Shown here: piece by piece, positions 58,022 through 64,000 of the stretch
How positions within the stretch are numbered: the stretch's first letter is position 1
Layout of the letters: every line of letters begins with the position of its first letter
Source of the DNA: Candidatus Bathyarchaeota archaeon
GTDB lineage: Archaea; Thermoproteota; Bathyarchaeia; Bathyarchaeales; Bathycorpusculaceae
DNA: 64,000 nt
Assembly: GCA_963768425.1 (NCBI GenBank)
Contig: CAVYHV010000017.1
Coordinates: 225,552-289,551 of the forward strand
Direction of reading: 5' to 3'
Made by a program: the position numbers and the translations under genes
The notes under the pieces: model-generated
Told to the model about the DNA's origin: nothing
Database searches by the model: none
The model's input: the letters and a program-made list of their open reading frames with translations, nothing else

Positions 58022-58561
58022 TTATCTGCTGAGTTCAGCCTCCAGCCTTCCAATCTTGGATTCTAAGACGGAAACCATATCCGCATTCTCAGAGCTCTCC
58101 AACTGGTTCCCGCACTTTGTGCACTTGAAGGAAGTCTCCATCGCATCTTCAAAGGTGACGCGGACGTCGGTGTCGGTCTTACATATGAAGAAGGTGTGAG
58201 CTCGTTCGAAGTCAAGCCTTTGCTTCAACTTGTCCAGCGCCCGTTTCTTCCGGCTTCGGATGAACGCGTCTAATTGGTCGGGTTGAAGCCTCCAGTAGAA
58301 AATGAACCAACCAGTTTTCTCATCTCTCACGCGTGTGCATGAAACTAGGCCGTGGTCATAAAGCTTGTAGAGAATCTTTCTAACCGTGTTCAGCCTAACT
58401 TCTTTGTTGAAACGGGTCTTACAGTCGTTTGTAATTATTTCATCAGTTCCCTCGCCGACTGCCTTTAAGCTGTTGACAACGGTAACAGCTTCCTCGCCTC
58501 CGAAGAGGTTTGCGACCTTAATGAGTTCCTCATCCAAGACTGACAATGGCATAACCGCCAA
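58022..58561 (-). CDS. tfe: Transcription factor E (TFIIE-alpha homolog)
   Basis: LNTVRKILYKL, RDEKTGWFIFYW, FEDAME..FKCTKCG. Confidence 0.93.
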   Translation of the reverse strand: MAVMPLSVLDEELIKVANLFGGEEAVTVVNSLKAVGEGTDEIITNDCKTRFNKEVRLNTVRKILYKLYDHGLVSCTRVRDEKTGWFIFYWRLQPDQLDAFIRSRKKRALDKLKQRLDFERAHTFFICKTDTDVRVTFEDAMETSFKCTKCGNQLESSENADMVSVLESKIGRLEAELSR

Positions 58562-58621
58562 GTGAATGTTTATGTTTTTAGCGTTTTACTTCGCATTAAC
58601 TCTTTGTCGGGCGTTTGACTC

Positions 58622-58864
58622 GTGGGCAACTTTTTATACGAACCTACCTCGTCTAGCCTTCGCGAGCCGTCTAAGATGAAGGAAACGGTTGCCACCTTGG
58701 GCTTCATTCTGTTTTTCGTAGGCTCAATGATGGATATCGCGGGCTCAACCTCGGTAACGCAGGGTGGAACCCCCGCAGCGCTTTATTTTAGAGTAGGCAT
58801 AATCGAACTATTCGGGTCACTTATTTTTCTGGCCGGAATCTACCTCATTATAAAGACTCGGTAA
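58622..58864 (+). CDS. Small two-TM membrane protein
   Basis: Two hydrophobic helices; likely start at MKETVA. Confidence 0.5.
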   Translation: MGNFLYEPTSSSLREPSKMKETVATLGFILFFVGSMMDIAGSTSVTQGGTPAALYFRVGIIELFGSLIFLAGIYLIIKTR

Positions 58865-58875
58865 GCCGGGTCGAA

Positions 58876-59430
58876 ATGGCCAAGAAGAGGTCTCGGCGGA
58901 AATCCCGCGTGATGGTCCTCCGACTTGGACATAGAATTCCAAGAGACGCCCGGGTGACCACCCACGTGTGTTTGACCGCCCGCGCCCTAGGCGCGGATGG
59001 CATCTACATTTCCGATGTTCATGATAGGGAGCTTGTTGAAGGAGTAAACAGAGTCATCGAACGTTTCGGAGGGCGCTTCATCATCGAGGCTGGGAAGCCA
59101 TGGCGGTCAACCGTAAACGAGTGGAGGCGCACGGGCGGGAAGATTATCCATTTGACCGCTTACGGTATGCCGCTACCTAAAGTCGTGGCGAAGATCAGGC
59201 GTTCTAATGCGGACAAATTGGTCATAGTTGGGGCAGAAAAAGTACCTGGCGAAATTTACGGTTTAGCAGACTGGAACGTCGCCGTGACCAATCAGCCGAT
59301 TAGCGAAGTCAGTGCGTTGGGCATCTTCCTGGACTGGCTGTTTGGCCACCGTCGGCTTGAGGATCGGTACGCAGACGCAAAAATTCAGATAATTCCCACT
59401 GCCCATGGAAAAACCGTCGTTGGGAATTAG
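58876..59430 (+). CDS. trm56: tRNA (cytidine(56)-2'-O)-methyltransferase
   Basis: LRLGHR, RVTTHVCLTARALGA, VGAEKVP, NQPISEV. Confidence 0.93.
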   Translation: MAKKRSRRKSRVMVLRLGHRIPRDARVTTHVCLTARALGADGIYISDVHDRELVEGVNRVIERFGGRFIIEAGKPWRSTVNEWRRTGGKIIHLTAYGMPLPKVVAKIRRSNADKLVIVGAEKVPGEIYGLADWNVAVTNQPISEVSALGIFLDWLFGHRRLEDRYADAKIQIIPTAHGKTVVGN

Positions 59431-59954
59431 GCAGTATCCGTAGGCTTCTGCTTTCCCTTCACCCTAATTATGTCCCCCAGTGTTACCTCCGCAGGGGCAG
59501 CCATCTTCGGGGCAGGGGTCACTTTGCGTGGAACCAACAGCTTGATCCTAAGCTCATGCTCCAACTCTCTACACAATCTTGAGTCAGGCGCGATTTTGCC
59601 GGTCTCGATCTTTTGTATTACAGACAGTCTTTCCTTAACTCGTTTGGCAAGTTCCTCTTGGGACAATCCCATCTTCATGCGATGGCTCCTTACCAGGCTT
59701 GAGTAGTCCTCTGCAACCTCCGACTCCTCCATTCCCCTTGGCAATTCGGGGGCTCTTCGATGATTAGTCTTGGGCATTCGAAGCGTGCTGGGTGCGTATG
59801 GCCGTGTGGGAACTGGTCGCTCTTCCTGGTATGGTTTGCCTAGGTGCTGGCAACTTGAGCAGACAAGCATCTTTGCCCCTTCAACACGTACCCTGAAAGC
59901 AGGGCCAACGATTACCCTGCCGCAAATATCGCAATTCAAGATGCTCGCTACCAC
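59427..59954 (-). CDS. mbf1: Archaeal multiprotein bridging factor 1
   Basis: CDICG...VEGAKMLVCSSC zinc ribbon, HTH, TLGD. Confidence 0.92.
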   Translation of the reverse strand: MVASILNCDICGRVIVGPAFRVRVEGAKMLVCSSCQHLGKPYQEERPVPTRPYAPSTLRMPKTNHRRAPELPRGMEESEVAEDYSSLVRSHRMKMGLSQEELAKRVKERLSVIQKIETGKIAPDSRLCRELEHELRIKLLVPRKVTPAPKMAAPAEVTLGDIIRVKGKQKPTDTA

Positions 59955-60015
59955 CGCCGGATGTGCGAACTGGAAATTTAAATTGGCTTATTCATGTAAC
60001 TTCAAACCAGAGAAC

Positions 60016-60534
60016 ATGGACCGTCCGACCTTAGCTGAGCTTCGCAAATTGGTGGGTGTAGCGAACTACCAGTTCGGAGCGGGAGTAGGCCACGCCCTGT
60101 TCAATAATCAGGTTCGCATCGAACGTTCGAGGCGGACTGGGAGGATTCGGCACATCTATCGAGATGGGCATTTAATCGCAACCCTGCGCCCTGTGGACGG
60201 CTACCTCGCCTTGACCCCCAATGGCGCACACATCGTGTTGTCAAGAATCAAGAACCTAAGGAACCTAGTCGTAGTTCAAACGGACGTCTCCGACGTTGTT
60301 AGAGGTGGTGGGGATGTCTTTGCAAAACATGTTGCGCGTAGTGATTCGAGCATTAGACCCGCGGAGGAGGTCATCGTCACTGACGAGCAAGGAGCGTTGG
60401 TCGGGGTCGGAAGCGCTGTGCTGAGTGGGCATGAGATGATGTATCTACGGAGGGGAGTTGCTGTGAAGCTGCGGAAAGGGGTTGACGAATCTTCGGCGGG
60501 CCAGGCGACTGATGGTTCTGAGAAGATTGACTAG
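60016..60534 (+). CDS. PUA-domain RNA-binding protein (archaeosine TGT C-terminal-like)
   Basis: YQFG, SRRTGRIR, VFAKHV, IRPAEEV, GVAVKLR. Confidence 0.85.
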   Translation: MDRPTLAELRKLVGVANYQFGAGVGHALFNNQVRIERSRRTGRIRHIYRDGHLIATLRPVDGYLALTPNGAHIVLSRIKNLRNLVVVQTDVSDVVRGGGDVFAKHVARSDSSIRPAEEVIVTDEQGALVGVGSAVLSGHEMMYLRRGVAVKLRKGVDESSAGQATDGSEKID

Positions 60535-63391
60535 CTTCGCTTATGGGTCTTGTACCGGACAATAAGGGCAACTGCAATCAAGAAAATTATCGCGAATACA
60601 AATCCCGCAACGTTCGTGAAATTGTAAGCTCCCTGCGTTAACCTCCATGTGGCAGTCACTGCCTTAGCGGAATCCATCCTCACCTCAAAAACTTGAGAAT
60701 TTGAGGTAACTGACCCAATCCAGCCTTGGAATTGGTGCCCCTCTGTCTCGCTGGGTATCACGCCCACCACTGCAGTTGAATTTGCATTATACCAACCGGT
60801 TCCTGTGGCATAGCCATAGGCAGAGGTCACATTCAGGAAATATTGCAAGTTGTAATGGAAGCTCTTTTCGCCGCCGGCTGAGAAGGTCCACGAGGTCTGC
60901 GGCAATGTGTACCGCGTTCCCGGTTCCACCGGTATAATCGAGGATAGGGATATCGTGTGGTTTTCGCCCCGTTGAAACTCGAGGATAATGATCCGTGTCT
61001 GGTTCAGTGTGCTTGTGCCGATGATCTGTCCATCGCGAGTCAAACTGACTGTAAACGGCGCTCCGACTGAATCGATCTCTATTCTGACCGAGTATAGTTT
61101 TACGGCGTCGCGAGTCGAATTTAATGCGTTGACTTTTCCCCAACCCCAAAGCGGTGACCCGGTTTGCCGGTCTATCCGGCCGGTGAACTGGTCTTGCCTA
61201 GCGTCTTCGGTAAGGATGGTCCTGATTTCGTTCGGAGAAAGAAAATGGTTCATTTGAAGCATTAGCGCTATTACTCCTGCTACGTGTGGTGCTGAGAAGC
61301 TTGTTCCCCCCCGACTTGGTGATAGTTGTCGGGATCTGAGTTCCTCTCTGGTGCATTGCTTGCTCTGGCCGTCGCTATATTCGCCCCTGGTGCGACAATC
61401 TCTGGTTTCGTTCGGCCATCTCTTGTGGGGCCCATGCTGCTATAATAGGTAATGTTTCCCACTCCTGACGAGTCAGTCACGGTCCACCAGATACCATGAA
61501 GCCCGCGGTTTGTTGTGTACTGTATGCAAGTATCGCATCCAGATCGCCAAAAGTACTTCGTCATGTAGTCGCCGACAGTTATCACTCCTCTTGCGGTGCC
61601 TGGAATGTCAATCGTATCGGTCGGGTCAAGTTTGTAGAGACCGGCCATGGTGGCGTTAAGGTTGTAGGCAAATTCCCCCGGTTCAGTCCAAGCATCCCAC
61701 TTGCCATCAGTGACGGTCACCGCTGTTAGGCTAAAGAACCAACGGAGCGGGTTCGTCGAGTTTATGCTGATCCACCATTCCTTGCCACTGGCACGCTTGT
61801 CTGAGAGAATTGTGACATTTCCGTCCACTGTGTTCACTCCGGAGTCTGGGGTCGGGCCGGTGACTGTAGCACCGTTAGGGGTCGTGACCGAAATTGCGAG
61901 CGCATCATTTACCGAGTACCATAAGTCCACGAATTGGTCGCGACCTTTGGCATCGAACCATGGGACAGTCACTGCTTGGCCGGGCGACAGTTTGCCACTA
62001 ACGTGGGAATTAACGTCCCTGTGATTCCCCGCGGAGACCACTATGGGTACGCCTTGTGAGGCAAGGTCGGTCAAAGCAAGTTCCATAGACTCTGTTCCGT
62101 CATGGGATCCCAGCTGGTCTCCATAGCTATGATCGATTACGAACGGCATTCCCAGTTCTCGAGCTCTATCTACGACATATTTGATTCCATCGAGGAAGCT
62201 CTCGTCGTATCCATCTTTGATTTTTACCACGATTAATGATGCGCCTGGTGCGACTCCAGTGTAGGGCGGGTTCGCTTGTACACGTGAAATGAAAGCTGGC
62301 TTGTCCACGCTATCAGCTCTTACCCGAACCCAGTATAGTGTTGAGGAGCCATCAACCGTTTGAGTTGCCCAGACTCTTGGCGGTGTGAAGAAAATAGTTC
62401 CACTTCGGGTGAAGACTATCGTCTGGTTGGATTGGACCGCGAGGGGAAGCCAGGTTTGGTTTCCTTCCGAGTACTCCCATTTCAAGCCCCCATATTCACC
62501 GGGGGATTGGACGTTGAAGAATATTTGGCTGAACTTACGGTCGGCCCCGAAGTAAGCATAGTTGGATGTGTCTGCCAAAGGAACGAATGGGTCTGCAGAA
62601 TTCTGGCACTGTTGTGTCTCATTATGCCATTGGGTTCCATCATAGCGTAGGCAACTCTCAAAGAGTGTAGCGGATTGGCCTGTGCTTGCTGCCACGGCTG
62701 CAACGGCCGTTCCGTGTCCCGGGTCAAATCCGTTGTTCCCGCCATCAGTTTCCTCGCATGTTGATGTCTGAATTTCTAATCTAGTGCATTCGTTTCCATA
62801 GTCGAATCCTTGAGGATGGTTGCCTTCAACGGACTGGTCCCATATGGAAAGTATCTTGGTTGTTCCGTTCGGGAAGAAGAAATCTCTATGGTGGTAGTCA
62901 ATTCCCGTATCAACTATTCCAACGACAACTCCTGTTCCATTCACTGAATTACCGTTTGCATCCTGCATCGTCTGCCAAACTTTGTCTGCCCCTATTTCTG
63001 GGACGCTCACATCCAATTGTGCGCTAAGCCTCTTCGGGGAAGAGATACGGCTAACAAAATCGAGCGATGCAATCTGGGGAATAACGCTTGGCGGTAGATG
63101 CATAGCTGCTACGTGGCCCGTGAATGTTTCCAGCGTTCCTAGGGCGGAAAGTTGTTGTAGTTGTCTTGATGACGGCACCTCGGAGAAGACTACCAGAACG
63201 CTCACTTGCGCCTGGTTTTTAGTTGTGGTCTTGGATAGGAAATTGCGTAGGGCGGGGTCCGCCTTCCAGTGCAGCGTAACCTGAGGGTCAAAGAAAAAAG
63301 TGGCCCCAACCGCTTGGACCAACGGTGAAATTGTTGCGAGGGTCAGCACGGTGACCAAAAGAAGTTTTTGCATACTTCGCCGCGAACTCAA
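60531..63391 (-). CDS. Membrane-anchored S8 subtilase (Csp-like); split by an indel in the G-run at about 61306-61312
   Basis: Asp (VDTGID), His (GHGTAVA), and Ser (GTSFSAPHVAG) read across the frameshift; GRTKPEIVAPG; WGWGKVN; C-terminal TM. Confidence 0.88.
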
Positions 63392-63641
63392 CTAGTAATA
63401 GCATCCTTCTATGAAGGCGGAGTCGCCATGATTCTGACACGTCGCAATTTCCGTGCCGTACTGGACGCCGTGTATATAAGCATCTTCACGAACGCGCGGA
63501 TGTCGCTCAGGGAATTTTTGGCGTTGTAAGGATATTTTTTCGCACACTAGGCTTTAACACAATTCGCTTCGAATACGCTTCTCAATCTACATCTTCAGAC
63601 GGGACTCCCCCAAATAGCCGCCAACCGGGAGAATTGTACGA

Positions 63642-63897
63642 TTGGAGCAAGTAATTCTCGTGGGGGTCCTCATTAATAATAGAAGACATGGTCCAAGTAG
63701 CGCGGAAAGGTGCGTATGTCGACCTTTCAAAAGAATCTGTGGAGAGAATTGAACGGTCACGTACAGTTTTAGAACGTTTAGCTCGAGAGGGGAAGACGAT
63801 TTACGGCGTTACGACTGGTTTCGGGGCCTTGAGTACTACAAGAATCACTTTGGTGTAGGCGTCGCAACTTCAAACAAACCTCCTAAGAAGCTCAAGT
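63642..63897 (+). pseudogene. hutH: Histidine ammonia-lyase N-terminal remnant
   Basis: LIIEDMVQVARKG...IERSR...IYGVTTGFGAL...*ASQLQTNLLRS; internal TAG, 5' frameshift, and homology lost before the ASG/MIO motif. Confidence 0.7.
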
Positions 63898-64000
63898 GAT
63901 ACGCGATACTCTTATTGTGTTGCGCTACGCAAGCTTTAGCGATGAGAAAAATTGGCGTATAAAGCGCTAAAAGCAACTCGTGGTGTCCCGAGCGGCCGTA

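Noticed and set aside
7069-63284. Numerous 60-230 aa ORFs overlapping the called genes on the opposite strand or in other frames
   Set aside because: No motifs, and they are fully explained as shadow frames of well-supported genes.
63856-63858. Pyrrolysine or readthrough at the TAG in hutH
   Set aside because: The fragment also has a 5' frameshift and loses homology shortly after, so decay is the simpler explanation; no pyl genes are in the window.
63981-64000. Possible tRNA 3' end on the minus strand (...GGGACACCA)
   Set aside because: No T-loop consensus at the expected spacing, and the window ends before it can be evaluated.

Overview
Archaeal genomic DNA, most consistent with Bathyarchaeia (inferred from TFE, aTrm56, MBF1, GPN GTPase, MtrH plus a corrinoid protein, and the small-gene families). 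It has four parts. (1) 1-7.7 kb: a partial amidohydrolase, a GNAT, small regulators and a run of co-oriented hypothetical membrane/secreted genes that share an upstream palindromic motif. (2) 7.7-37.9 kb: a dense radical-SAM/corrinoid locus, the best candidate for an undescribed system. It holds 3 B12-binding radical SAMs, 2 SPASM radical SAMs, 1 HemN-like radical SAM, 2 PQQ-type beta-propeller surface proteins, 2 GT-C-like membrane proteins, 2 paralogous Cys-rich proteins, 2 divergent PP-loop amide ligases, a nitrilase, CbiZ, a ferredoxin, a capless corrinoid protein with MtrH, and a stand-alone RnfD fused to an RnfC-type 2x[4Fe-4S] domain. (3) 38-48.1 kb: an acetate module (Acd/Pat-GNAT, acs, satP), a bacterial-type metK, ridA and housekeeping genes. 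(4) After a 10-bp tandem repeat at about 48.3 kb the sequence becomes visibly more GC-rich and starts mid-gene, which may be an assembly or contig junction. This part holds an ABC transporter, a Tyr-rich surface protein, the tfe/trm56/mbf1 neighbourhood, an S8 protease and a hutH remnant. Six or seven genes are split by 1-2 bp indels that look like sequencing errors. I saw no rRNA, intact tRNA, CRISPR array or transposase. All family calls come from motif recognition, not database searches.
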